Assembly: GCA_044228505.1 (NCBI GenBank) | Contig: JBGAUT010000014.1 | Coordinates: 14,725 to 78,724, forward strand | Direction: 5' to 3' | Length of the DNA stretch: 64,000 bases | Source of the DNA: Polyangia bacterium | Lineage (GTDB): Bacteria > Myxococcota_A > Polyangia > Palsa-1104 > JAEUJZ01 | In this document: piece by piece, positions 1-9,088 of the stretch | How positions within the stretch are numbered: position 1 is the first letter of the stretch | Layout: every line of letters begins with the position of its first letter | The notes under the pieces: generated by a model | What the model was told of the DNA's origin: nothing | Databases searched by the model: none | What the model saw: the letters and a program-made list of their open reading frames with translations, nothing else | Position numbers and translations under genes: made by a program

Positions 1-40
1 CATTGGCAACCAGCGTCACAGCCGCGCCAGTCCACCATCT

Positions 41-1321
41 ATGAGGATAGAACTCCAGCCTGCCCAGAGAAAGGTGATCGACCAACCCGCTGCAACAATT
101 CCCGATTTCGCCGACTCGCTCGATCTGACGTGCGGCGGCCGGTTGGGTGCCCTGCTCCGCAAAGCTTCTAAATCACTTGGGATGACACATGGCGCGTGCG
201 CGGACGCCAAGACCAGCTATCCTGCTCTTATGCACATTGTGCGGATTCAGCGGGGGACTGCGCCGCAGGTGTCTTGGCTCCAAGAACAGCGCTACGAAAA
301 GGAAAAGGATCTGGAGCGAGATCTGGCTGCGGCACCGCTGCTGCTTCAGCAGGTGATGGGAACCCCGATCCATCTGCTCGCAACAAATTTTCGACTACCG
401 GGGGATGAACGGGTAGCCGCGCTGTATCTCGATAGCGATGGACGGCTGCTCATCTGCGAAGTGCGACTAGCCCGCAGCTCGGGATCGACCCGGGAGCTGC
501 TCGGACAGCTCCTCGATCACGTGTCCACGCTGTCGCAATATCGGATCGAGGATCTCAGCACCGCGCTATCCGGCAAGCTCGAAGAAGTGCTACGTCAGCT
601 CAGCCATGGTGAGGTCGAACGCTACGCCCAACTGAGTCAGCAGTTGAGTGAAAACCTCCGTGCAGGAAGGGTCGGCTTGGTACTCGTGCTCGACCGCGCA
701 CCCGCTCACCTGCAGCGCATCTGCCGCTATCTGTGCCAGAACGTAAAGATCCAGTTCGTGCTCCTGACGCTCAAGCGATTCCGTGCCAGCGATGACAGTG
801 ACATCGTGGTGCCAACACTGGTTGCGCAAGCGCAGCAGCAGCAAGCGCAGGCCAATCTACTCGAGCTGGCCGTGCAGTTTGCGCAGCCTGGTCACTCCGT
901 CGTGCCACTGGACAGCATCAAGCATCGGCCAAACTGGCTGGCGCTGTATCCCCGTAGCTGGCCGCAGTCCGTTCACTTCGAGTTTCTCATCCATCCTGCA
1001 CAAGACTGTCGGATCGGAGTCGAGCTGCACCTAGAGGATCGCGATCTGCCACACCTGCGTGAACTCGCACGCTTCCTTGGTTCCTCGGACATGCAAGATG
1101 CACTGAAGGTCCACTTTGATAGTGCGAGGATTGTGTGGGACCAAAACTACCAGGGCTGTGGTCGTTTGGCGGTGATGTTCGACGCAGCCACTGAGCCCGA
1201 TGGTCTGTCTGCCGCGATGTCGGTTCTGATGGAGCTAACCTATGCCCGCATCAGTGAGAGACTCCGCACACTGGGCAGAGCCACCGAAACACCAAGACCC
1301 ACGGTGGCCCCAAAGGACTAG
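41..1321 (+). CDS. hypothetical protein, possibly 5'-partial at the window edge
   Basis: 426-aa ORF with GC-rich third codon positions like its neighbours. No recognisable catalytic motif. The frame may be open to the window start. Confidence 0.4.
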   Translation: MRIELQPAQRKVIDQPAATIPDFADSLDLTCGGRLGALLRKASKSLGMTHGACADAKTSYPALMHIVRIQRGTAPQVSWLQEQRYEKEKDLERDLAAAPLLLQQVMGTPIHLLATNFRLPGDERVAALYLDSDGRLLICEVRLARSSGSTRELLGQLLDHVSTLSQYRIEDLSTALSGKLEEVLRQLSHGEVERYAQLSQQLSENLRAGRVGLVLVLDRAPAHLQRICRYLCQNVKIQFVLLTLKRFRASDDSDIVVPTLVAQAQQQQAQANLLELAVQFAQPGHSVVPLDSIKHRPNWLALYPRSWPQSVHFEFLIHPAQDCRIGVELHLEDRDLPHLRELARFLGSSDMQDALKVHFDSARIVWDQNYQGCGRLAVMFDAATEPDGLSAAMSVLMELTYARISERLRTLGRATETPRPTVAPKD

Positions 1322-1390
1322 CTTCGGACTGCTTCCACGGATGATCTGCGAGCTTGGTTGGGAGTCTCCGCAGAGACTCTGCAAAGCGGA

Positions 1391-2341
1391 CTACTTCGGC
1401 TTCTGGAGCGTGCAACCGGCGCGGGTCAGATCAATGTTGTTGGTCGAATCCAGGCAGGAATAGATCTGGTAGAGCTGCTGTCCGTAGCTTGCCCCTTTGG
1501 TCGCAGTGACCCGACCACTGGCATCTACTTCGCACGGGTTGTTGAGTGTGCAGGAGGCACCGCTCTCATTACCGGTGTTGTTGATGCCGATGACTGCTTT
1601 GGACTCCACATCGATGAGCGGTGATCCCGAGGTACCACCGATGGTCTCGCATCCCGGCTGGGTAAAACGAATCGAGTCCCGGAAAGTCCAGGTACCCTCG
1701 CGCAGCTCTGGAACAAAGTGATCGATCGCGCACGAGTAGATCTTTTTCCAGTACCCAGAGACGATCCGGAGAGCAGTCCCCTCTGTTGGGCGGCGCGACT
1801 GGATCACCAGCGGAGCAACCCGGAACCGCGTCGCGAGCTGTGCATAGGTCTGCGTCAAACGATAGATCGCAAAGTCCGAGCCCGTCATGGTCGCGTACAG
1901 CATCCGCTGAGCACGCAGGGTTCCCAGGGAACGAGCGCTTCCATCGAGCAGCGTGAAGGTCCGACTCGATGCCTGATCGACAATTGCATCACCTGCGGTA
2001 ACAAAGCCACTCAAGCAGTGACCATTGGTAAGCACCATCGCGTAGTCATCGGTGCGCGAGGTGGAAAAACGCACCAGCGAACCCGAGCAGTTCGACAGGG
2101 CGACGATCGATGTAAAGTCAACCCCGGCGGCATCCAGTTCCTCCCATGTGGGAGTCTGCGCGGCGGCTTGCTGCGCCTCTTCGGGATAGCCAACCGGCAG
2201 CGCGAACGCCTCTGCGGACGCTCCGGTGACCACGAACAGAGCGGTCAGCATGCCGGTCCACAGCGAACGCAGAATGCCACGGGAACGGGTGAAGGAAGAG
2301 GGGCTGACCTGATCAGACGATCCACCGAACGCACTACGCAT
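1391..2341 (-). CDS. secreted trypsin-like (S1, chymotrypsin-fold) serine protease
   Basis: His motif TNGHC and Ser motif GTSGSPL, with a signal peptide MRSAFGG...VVTGASAEA. GGAGGA sits 7 nt upstream of the ATG at 2341. The ORF track extends to 2479, but that upstream Met has no RBS. Confidence 0.75.
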   Translation of the reverse strand: MRSAFGGSSDQVSPSSFTRSRGILRSLWTGMLTALFVVTGASAEAFALPVGYPEEAQQAAAQTPTWEELDAAGVDFTSIVALSNCSGSLVRFSTSRTDDYAMVLTNGHCLSGFVTAGDAIVDQASSRTFTLLDGSARSLGTLRAQRMLYATMTGSDFAIYRLTQTYAQLATRFRVAPLVIQSRRPTEGTALRIVSGYWKKIYSCAIDHFVPELREGTWTFRDSIRFTQPGCETIGGTSGSPLIDVESKAVIGINNTGNESGASCTLNNPCEVDASGRVTATKGASYGQQLYQIYSCLDSTNNIDLTRAGCTLQKPK

Positions 2342-2565
2342 AGGTTGTCCTCCAGTTTGGGTACGAGTGATTGCTTGGACGGCAACACTTCTCGCTTGGG
2401 AATGAACCTCTGCGCAAGATGGGAGTTTTGTTCTCGACTCTGTCCCAAGCTGGGGTCTGTTCCCCCAGCGTAAGCGCAAGAATCGAAAGACATCGACGGT
2501 GAGCAGAGAGAGAAAGGGGTACGAAGGCGAGACAACAGAGTGGAACTCTGTCGCGACAGCGCGTG

Positions 2566-3063
2566 CTAGTTGTATAGCAGGTCGAACGTCACCGTAATCG
2601 GCATGGTCTGACCAGCGGCCAGCTCAAACTTGTTCGTAAACGGCAACGTCACCGGATCACCAGCGACCGGATCACGCGTGGTGGGAGTGCTCTTGTCGCC
2701 GATGTCGAAGAAGCCCAGAAAGGTGTACGTCTGCGGGGTCAGCGGCTTACTCGTCCAGCTCGCCGCGCTGAGCTTGTCGGTCTTCAAGTCGATCGGCAGT
2801 TCTAGGCTCGCGGCGGCAACAGCACCTTTGCGTGGACCCGTCAGCGTCACATCCTCGCTCAGGAAGAAGTCTCCGTACGCGGTTCCCTTGATCAAGCTAT
2901 CCTTCTTGAGCTGACCACGTACACCGTCAGAGATCTTGAACCGCACGACAATCTTGGTCTCGGTCACAGACGGCTTCTCATCATCAGGAATCGGCTCGTC
3001 TTTGGGAGCACAAGCAGAGGACAGAAGAAGCACCGCGAGCGGAAGTGTCAACAGTGCGCGCAT
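2566..3063 (-). CDS. lipoprotein of unknown function
   Basis: Signal peptide plus lipobox LLSSAC. Its ATG overlaps the stop of the upstream gene (TAATG), implying translational coupling. Confidence 0.6.
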   Translation of the reverse strand: MRALLTLPLAVLLLSSACAPKDEPIPDDEKPSVTETKIVVRFKISDGVRGQLKKDSLIKGTAYGDFFLSEDVTLTGPRKGAVAAASLELPIDLKTDKLSAASWTSKPLTPQTYTFLGFFDIGDKSTPTTRDPVAGDPVTLPFTNKFELAAGQTMPITVTFDLLYN

Positions 3064-3995
3064 TACATCTCCCCCCGGCAGCCCCATGGATCTTGAGTGC
3101 CCAAGATCACACCGAAAGTACTGCACATCTCGTGAGGGTACGACAGCGGCTCCGCAGTGTTGTTGTTCCAAGTACATTCTGTCTTCATAATCGTCCCCTT
3201 TCGCAGATCCATGGGCTTCTCTTTTAGCAGCAAGGTCGGCGGGTTATCGCGGTAGTGCGAATGCCACTCATCTATGCGAAACAAATCCTTCATCGTGTCA
3301 GCTGGAGTCTCCGCGTACGAGAGGACGTAACGCATTCCCCACTCATGCATGTGCCCACCCGTCATCATCAATTTGTAGTCCTGAGGTACCACGCATTTAT
3401 AGCTGCCAGATGCCTGCTGACCCGGCTTGACTTCGAAGAAGGGAAGGAAGGAGGCGAACGCAGCAGCCCACGTCTTGACAGTGGAAACGTCGACACGACG
3501 AAAGCGAAGTAGATCGCGGATTCGAATCGGCTCCTTGCTGGTGTTGATGTAGTGCGACTGCATCACAATCGGCGTACCCTTGCGCAAAATGAACGCATGC
3601 GCGGCAGGCAACTCAAAGCCAGGTATGGTCAGCAAGTCGTACTTCGCCATATCTTCCGGTTTGGAGCAGTCTTCCACAGATCCATCGGGTAGCGGGTTCT
3701 TAGCCTTCAGAATCACGAAGTGATGGCCAAACTTACCCTGCTGAGGGTCTGCGAAATCGTACGGCACATCTGCGCCTTGGTAGAACTGATGGCTGCAAGA
3801 AATCTTTTCTTCACCCGGCTTCATAATCAGTTCCGAACCGACGAAGTCCAAAAATTTGGGATCAGTCGCAGGGATCGGGACGCGCACATCAACAGCGGTA
3901 CGTTGCAGCATCTCTTCCTCGGTTTCCTGCGGGGCACAGGCGAAGGAAAAGATCGCGAGGGAAGATAAACACAGAAGTGAGTGGAGACGTTTCAT
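3063..3995 (-). CDS. lipoprotein, PHM/DBH-like type II copper monooxygenase fold (Cu2_monooxygen-like)
   Basis: Lipobox FSFAC. Ordered motifs GHHF (HH), GGHMHEWG (HxH) and HEMCSTF (EMC) match the CuH and CuM ligand pattern of peptidylglycine alpha-hydroxylating monooxygenase and dopamine beta-monooxygenase. Confidence 0.55.
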   Translation of the reverse strand: MKRLHSLLCLSSLAIFSFACAPQETEEEMLQRTAVDVRVPIPATDPKFLDFVGSELIMKPGEEKISCSHQFYQGADVPYDFADPQQGKFGHHFVILKAKNPLPDGSVEDCSKPEDMAKYDLLTIPGFELPAAHAFILRKGTPIVMQSHYINTSKEPIRIRDLLRFRRVDVSTVKTWAAAFASFLPFFEVKPGQQASGSYKCVVPQDYKLMMTGGHMHEWGMRYVLSYAETPADTMKDLFRIDEWHSHYRDNPPTLLLKEKPMDLRKGTIMKTECTWNNNTAEPLSYPHEMCSTFGVILGTQDPWGCRGEM

Positions 3996-4018
3996 CACAG
4001 GACTCCTTTGGTGAAGGA

Positions 4019-4429
4019 TTAGTTGTTGGGGGCACCGGCAAGAATCCAAGAACGAATCTGCTCGATCTCCTCTGGATCGAGCGCCTGCGAAGGAGGCATC
4101 CGCGCTCCGAACTTGGGCTTGTCGCTGGCAATCTTGTCAAATAGTAGTGAGTTGTCTGGATCTCCCGGAACCACCCGCATCCGGTCAGGAGCCAGGGTTG
4201 ATTTGACGTTGACCAGCGTATCAAACGTCGCGGCCCCCAGGCTCAAACCACCCGCTGGCGAACCGGCCGCAGCGTGACAGGTGGCAAAGCTACAGCTTCG
4301 ATGAAACACTTGCTCTTCGATCCGACTGAGCGGAGGGGCAGGTGAGCATCCAAAAGAGAGTGCGGTGGCCCCAAGCAGAAGCAGGCCGGGAAGGACTCCT
4401 AAAGCAGATTCCGAACCACTACGGACCAT
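4019..4429 (-). CDS. lipoprotein with one c-type haem domain (PSCyt1 / Planctomycete-cytochrome-C-like)
   Basis: Lipobox LSFGC, a single CSFATCH haem motif, and a downstream RMPP...EEIEQIRSWILAGAP pattern. GGAGG sits 8 nt before the ATG at 4429. Confidence 0.6.
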   Translation of the reverse strand: MVRSGSESALGVLPGLLLLGATALSFGCSPAPPLSRIEEQVFHRSCSFATCHAAAGSPAGGLSLGAATFDTLVNVKSTLAPDRMRVVPGDPDNSLLFDKIASDKPKFGARMPPSQALDPEEIEQIRSWILAGAPNN

Positions 4430-4495
4430 GGCGGATGCCTCCACATTGGGAAGTGTACCGCCCACTTATCGCGCCCAGATTGTCTTGTCAAGACG

Positions 4496-6586
4496 CTACA
4501 GTTCTCCACGGACTCCCAGCGAAGGAAGAATCGGCAGACCCGTGATCGCAGCGTGTTGGGTGTAGTCGTAGGAGTAGACCATCTGTTCCTGCGCCGGATT
4601 GTTGTACAGGTTCGAAATGTCCAAATACAACTTGAACACCATCCGCTTGGTCACAAACGTGCGGTCGATCCGCAAGTCGAGCTGATGAAAAGGAGCGAGT
4701 CGTTCACTGTTACGCAGGCTCGACGGGACTGGCTGATACAAGTCGGTATCGCTGTCATAAAATCCTCCCCTCACCGGAGTCTGGGGAATGCCACTGATGT
4801 AGCGGAACCGAAGCCCGATTTCAAACTTGTACGGCAGGTAGGCGTGAGCCGCGAGGATCAGGATGTGGGTTTGGTCAAAGTCAAACAACCGAAAGTCACA
4901 CAGCGCACAGTCCGCACGCTCACTCCGCAGCAAAGAATAGCTGAGCCAACCAAAGAAGTACTTCGACAGACTCTGCCGCAGCAGGAGCGTTCCACCAAAG
5001 ATCCTTCCCCGTACTTGGGAGGCCGTACGCTCGGGATGCAAATCGGTCGGTTGTAGCCCGCTGCCAAAACGCCGTAGGAACGTCGAGGTTCCCGCAAAAT
5101 CCCATAGATGTTTGTATAGTCCCGTAAGCTCCACCACGAGCCCCTTCCAGATCGCCTGTTCCACAGCAACAGAGAGCTGAGTCGCTCGTTCCAGTCGTAG
5201 CTCGACATTCCCAAAGGAAGAGAAGTAGTCCTGCACCGCCGGGTCTTGGGAATACAACCCGATTCCGAGCTTGACCGTAGTGAGTGGCGATACCGATATC
5301 TTCGCTGATAGACGTGGATCCAACGAAAAGCGGTGCAAAAATCCGAAGTAGTCAAAGCGGATCCCTGGCACAACCGTCAGACGCTCGTGAAGACGTGCCG
5401 TCAGCTCCGCATAGAGCGCAGGATTGGCAAAGAAGGCTTGGTCTTGCGCGACGATCTGCGAGAGCGAGCCAGGTGGTTTCTGAAACTCTCCTTCGCGTAC
5501 TGGCGCAGGCACGGCTGCATCGAGCCACACGTAAGAGGTCTGGATGTCGGTACCCAGCATGAAACGGAATCGCGAAGACAGCTCCCGTGAAGACTCGATT
5601 CGAAAGTCAGTGCCAAGCGTTTTCACCGCCATTGACACCGTCCGCCCCAGCTCTAGGTCGGTCTCTGTAAATCCGCTGGTGCTTTGAAACAGTACATCCC
5701 ATCCGGCAAAGCGCCGCTGATACCGCAGCTGCAAGCGATGAAACATAATATGCGTCGAAAAAGTCCCATTTACCGATGGGTCAACATCCTGAGGACGGGC
5801 AAAGCGAAGAGCGATCTGATCGTCTGCGCCCAGAATCATCACCCGCAGCGTGCCGCCAGCTAGCGCGTACTTCAGCACCGCTTGGTAGTCCCAATACACC
5901 GGGGCATTGGTGAACCGGAGTCCGGGTGGATCACCGAGCACCTTTCCCATCAAAGCGAGTCCGGCATCCACATAGCTCCGGCGCAGACCGAGCAGAATCG
6001 ATCCGCTGGGCTCTTGCGACTGCGGACTCCTCGATGGCAGCGGACCTTCGACTTCGACCCCAATGTGGACCGGATTTACGTCGAGCGCCGCGTGCCAGCG
6101 GTCTTTCTTGCCAGCGCGAAGCTCCACATCGATCGTGCCGGCGGTTGCGCGACCGTAGCGAACCCCGAAGTTGTGGGGCAGATACGTCACGCTATCGAGG
6201 AAGTTCGCAGGCACCACCGAGGTAAACCCACCGTAATGATAGAGCTGCGGCACCTCGGCGACGCCCAGATACACGCGAGAGTCTGACGGACGTGCTCCCT
6301 CGATGATAAACAGCCCGGTGTTCAAAGGTGGCCGCGCCGCACCGGGCAGATTCTCAATCGCCCGCAGCGGATCGCCGAGCGTCCCCGGCATCTTACGCAG
6401 CTCCTCGGTGTGAAGCGTCTGCTTGCTGATTTCTTCACGCAGCGCCGGATCTTCCGCCGTCACCACCGATTCGAAGCGCCCTTGGGCACCGGATCGCAGC
6501 GGCAGCAATCCGAGCAGTACAATCACTGTTGCGGCGACGATAAATGACCGATTTGCCACCTTCAGAGTGGGCAGATAGCGCCACAT
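4496..6586 (-). CDS. TonB-dependent outer-membrane receptor
   Basis: Signal peptide, plug-domain motif DPLRAIENLPGA, and a long beta-rich C-terminal region. Confidence 0.75.
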   Translation of the reverse strand: MWRYLPTLKVANRSFIVAATVIVLLGLLPLRSGAQGRFESVVTAEDPALREEISKQTLHTEELRKMPGTLGDPLRAIENLPGAARPPLNTGLFIIEGARPSDSRVYLGVAEVPQLYHYGGFTSVVPANFLDSVTYLPHNFGVRYGRATAGTIDVELRAGKKDRWHAALDVNPVHIGVEVEGPLPSRSPQSQEPSGSILLGLRRSYVDAGLALMGKVLGDPPGLRFTNAPVYWDYQAVLKYALAGGTLRVMILGADDQIALRFARPQDVDPSVNGTFSTHIMFHRLQLRYQRRFAGWDVLFQSTSGFTETDLELGRTVSMAVKTLGTDFRIESSRELSSRFRFMLGTDIQTSYVWLDAAVPAPVREGEFQKPPGSLSQIVAQDQAFFANPALYAELTARLHERLTVVPGIRFDYFGFLHRFSLDPRLSAKISVSPLTTVKLGIGLYSQDPAVQDYFSSFGNVELRLERATQLSVAVEQAIWKGLVVELTGLYKHLWDFAGTSTFLRRFGSGLQPTDLHPERTASQVRGRIFGGTLLLRQSLSKYFFGWLSYSLLRSERADCALCDFRLFDFDQTHILILAAHAYLPYKFEIGLRFRYISGIPQTPVRGGFYDSDTDLYQPVPSSLRNSERLAPFHQLDLRIDRTFVTKRMVFKLYLDISNLYNNPAQEQMVYSYDYTQHAAITGLPILPSLGVRGEL

Positions 6587-7163
6587 TCTGTGGTCATCGT
6601 ACCACCGAGTCCGACTAGACGGCGCTGCTCCCCTTTACCGGAGGCATCGGTCGGGGACCAGATGGTGGCATCGGATATCCAACGAGCCACATGGGCAACT
6701 GCTCAGGGCGTGTCATACCTACATCCAACGCATGAGGTGGGGCGAAGTTTTATGACACTTTTGCTTGCTATTTGTATGGCATGATACATGCATAAATCAA
6801 ATAGTATTGCGTGCCGATGAGTCAGAGTTCATAAGAATGTGTCCGGGCCGTTGTCCGCTGCGGAGGATCGCAGCGGATCAAGTTGACTGAATGAGATGAG
6901 GGAGAGTCACACATGATGCGACCACTGGGCAGACCGACCCAGCGGCCGGAGCAGCGGTCTTCACGAAGATTGGGCAGCGGAAAGTAACAAAATATTTTTT
7001 GTGCTTTGCATTGCAAATCACGCAAGTATTCTAAAGATCGGTTAAAAACAAACTTGCTCCCCAGCCCATACAACGCGCTGGGAGCCTGTCAGGGGGACTC
7101 GGTCGTTTCGCGCCACGCTCGCGATCTCCGTCTTGCCTGCTTACAGAACACAGGGAGGATTCC

Positions 7164-8831
7164 ATGAGCCGTCCACTTCTCACGCGTACCTTGGCCGGGG
7201 CCTTGCTTAGCCTGACGGCCGCCGCGTGCACCGCGCCACAGGTAGGAAGCCCGTGTCCGATTCCGACCAATGCTGACGCCAAGACCCGCACCGAAGCCGT
7301 CCAGAAGTGCTTCGGCCTGATCGCAGGAAATTCGAACGATTTCCGACTGAAGAAGGATGTGGACATCCTGTTTGTGATCGACAATTCACCGTCGATGTCG
7401 CCCAAGCAAAAGGCGCTCGCAGAGAACATTCCCAAGTTCATCGAGAAGATCGATAGTTTTGGCGTGAACTATCACGTCGGTATCGTCACCACCGATGTCG
7501 GAACCACGGTTTCCGATGGTGCCACCTGGGGCGCGGGCTCGGAGCCGTCGTGCGACAGCTTCACCGGTGACGATGGACGACTGCAAGACATAACCTGCGA
7601 CAAGCGCAACACCGTCTCTCCCGAGGCGGCCAACGCTTGTGCCACGCTCTGCCCGGACAACCGCTTTAAGCCGACTGATGGCAGCAAGTACATCTCCAAG
7701 GTCGACGGCAAGACCAACGTTCCAGCGGATCTGAAGCTCGATCCGATGACGGGCAAGATGGTCGACTACGGTCCCACCAACGCCTTCAAGTGTATGGCGC
7801 TCGTTGGTGATGCTGGCTGCGGCGTCGAAGGCCAACTTGAGGCGGTCAAGCGTGCGATCACCAACTCGGCCAACACCGGCTTCATCCGCGACAACTCGGT
7901 GCTCGCGGTCATCTTCATCACCGATGAAGACGACTGCTCGGTGAAGGCATCGCGACGGTCGGAGCTAAACCCCGGCTATCGCAACTGCAACGCCGCGCAG
8001 CCCGACTCGTACGACTGCTACAAGGTCGACTATCGCTGCATGGCCCGCTCGCTCACCTGCAACGAGCCGATGACGACTGCGGGCGGCAAGACTGGCTGCA
8101 AAGAACGAGCCGACAGCTTCCTTGAGCCGGTCAAGACCTACTACGACGAGCTGCTCAAAGTTCGCAAAGCGGACAAGCTCATCGTCAGCGGCATCTGGAC
8201 CTTGCCGAACATCGATGTTGCCAAGGGCGGCACGGTCGGCATCATCGGTGGCCCGCTCACCTCGGATCTACGCCGAGATCCAGCTTGCGTGAACTCCACC
8301 AACAGCGCCGTGGTTGGTCAACCGCAGTTCCGTATGTCGCAGCTTGCCAACATGTTTGGCAACGACACCGAAGGGCTTCCCAATGCGCCGCAGATGAACG
8401 TCTGCGACACCGCTAAGTATCCGGCGGCACTCGATGCCATCGCCAAAGCGGTCGAAAAGAAGCTGGTGCCCTGCCTGCCGATCACATTGAAGACCGTCAA
8501 TGGTCAGCCGATCTGTTTGGTCGGCGATGTCGATTCCACTACGCCCGACGCCAACCCCGAAAAGTACTTCCCGCTGTGTACTTCCGGCTGCTGCGAGGCC
8601 TGGGCCAGCACCTCGACGCCATCTCTCAGCGACAAGGGCATCCAGGCTGCTTGCGCGGGTGAAACGACCGAGGCCTGCTACTGTGCGATCAAGAGCAAGG
8701 ACGCGAGCGTCTGCAAGGCCGGCACGCCCGAAGGCGGCGTCAACGGCGGTGTCGTGACGGGTGTGTGGCGGAAGAACAACGCCAACCCGCCGGCTGGCAA
8801 GGTCGTAAACTTCCGCTGCGTCGGCTTCTAA
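7164..8831 (+). CDS. von Willebrand factor A (vWA) domain lipoprotein, Cys-rich
   Basis: Lipobox LTAAAC and MIDAS motif DILFVIDNSPSMS, with many Cys. GGGAGGA RBS upstream. Confidence 0.8.
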   Translation: MSRPLLTRTLAGALLSLTAAACTAPQVGSPCPIPTNADAKTRTEAVQKCFGLIAGNSNDFRLKKDVDILFVIDNSPSMSPKQKALAENIPKFIEKIDSFGVNYHVGIVTTDVGTTVSDGATWGAGSEPSCDSFTGDDGRLQDITCDKRNTVSPEAANACATLCPDNRFKPTDGSKYISKVDGKTNVPADLKLDPMTGKMVDYGPTNAFKCMALVGDAGCGVEGQLEAVKRAITNSANTGFIRDNSVLAVIFITDEDDCSVKASRRSELNPGYRNCNAAQPDSYDCYKVDYRCMARSLTCNEPMTTAGGKTGCKERADSFLEPVKTYYDELLKVRKADKLIVSGIWTLPNIDVAKGGTVGIIGGPLTSDLRRDPACVNSTNSAVVGQPQFRMSQLANMFGNDTEGLPNAPQMNVCDTAKYPAALDAIAKAVEKKLVPCLPITLKTVNGQPICLVGDVDSTTPDANPEKYFPLCTSGCCEAWASTSTPSLSDKGIQAACAGETTEACYCAIKSKDASVCKAGTPEGGVNGGVVTGVWRKNNANPPAGKVVNFRCVGF

Positions 8832-8848
8832 CCGCCCTGCCCCACCAT

Positions 8849-8869
8849 GGGCACCCGCAATGGGTGCCC
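8849..8869 (+). terminator. putative stem-loop terminator after the first vWA gene
   Basis: GGGCACCC-gcaat-GGGTGCCC is a perfect 8-bp stem lying 18 nt after the stop. There is no U-tract. Confidence 0.3.
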
Positions 8870-9088
8870 ACTGCGCCCACCTCTTAGTCCCACGTTCCGT
8901 CGAAAACCAAGTCCATTTCATAATTTCGGTTTGAAACCGTAAGGTTTCGCGCTTCGCCGTGCCTAAGCATTCAAGTAGGTCGATGGCGGTTACTGTGGCT
9001 TGCTCTCTCTCATCTTCTGAGATACGGTCCACCGAAAGCTAACGACCCTACACGGTCCTACGCTGTCGAAATTTGTACGGAGGCTTAG

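Noticed and set aside
3519-3542. tRNA T-loop-like GGATTCGAATCGG on the minus strand
   Set aside because: It lies inside the copper-monooxygenase-like CDS and has no acceptor or anticodon arm structure around it. It is a coincidental match.
7031-7441. Antisense ORF sharing MNLGMF.ASAFC.GDIDGELS with a second antisense ORF at 9085-9384
   Set aside because: Both are the reverse-strand shadow of the conserved vWA MIDAS region in the paralogous lipoprotein genes. The conservation is inherited from the sense strand.
8268-9032. 254-aa minus-strand ORF
   Set aside because: It lies antisense to the 3' end of the first vWA gene. Its Arg/Ala-rich composition is typical of GC-rich alternative frames.
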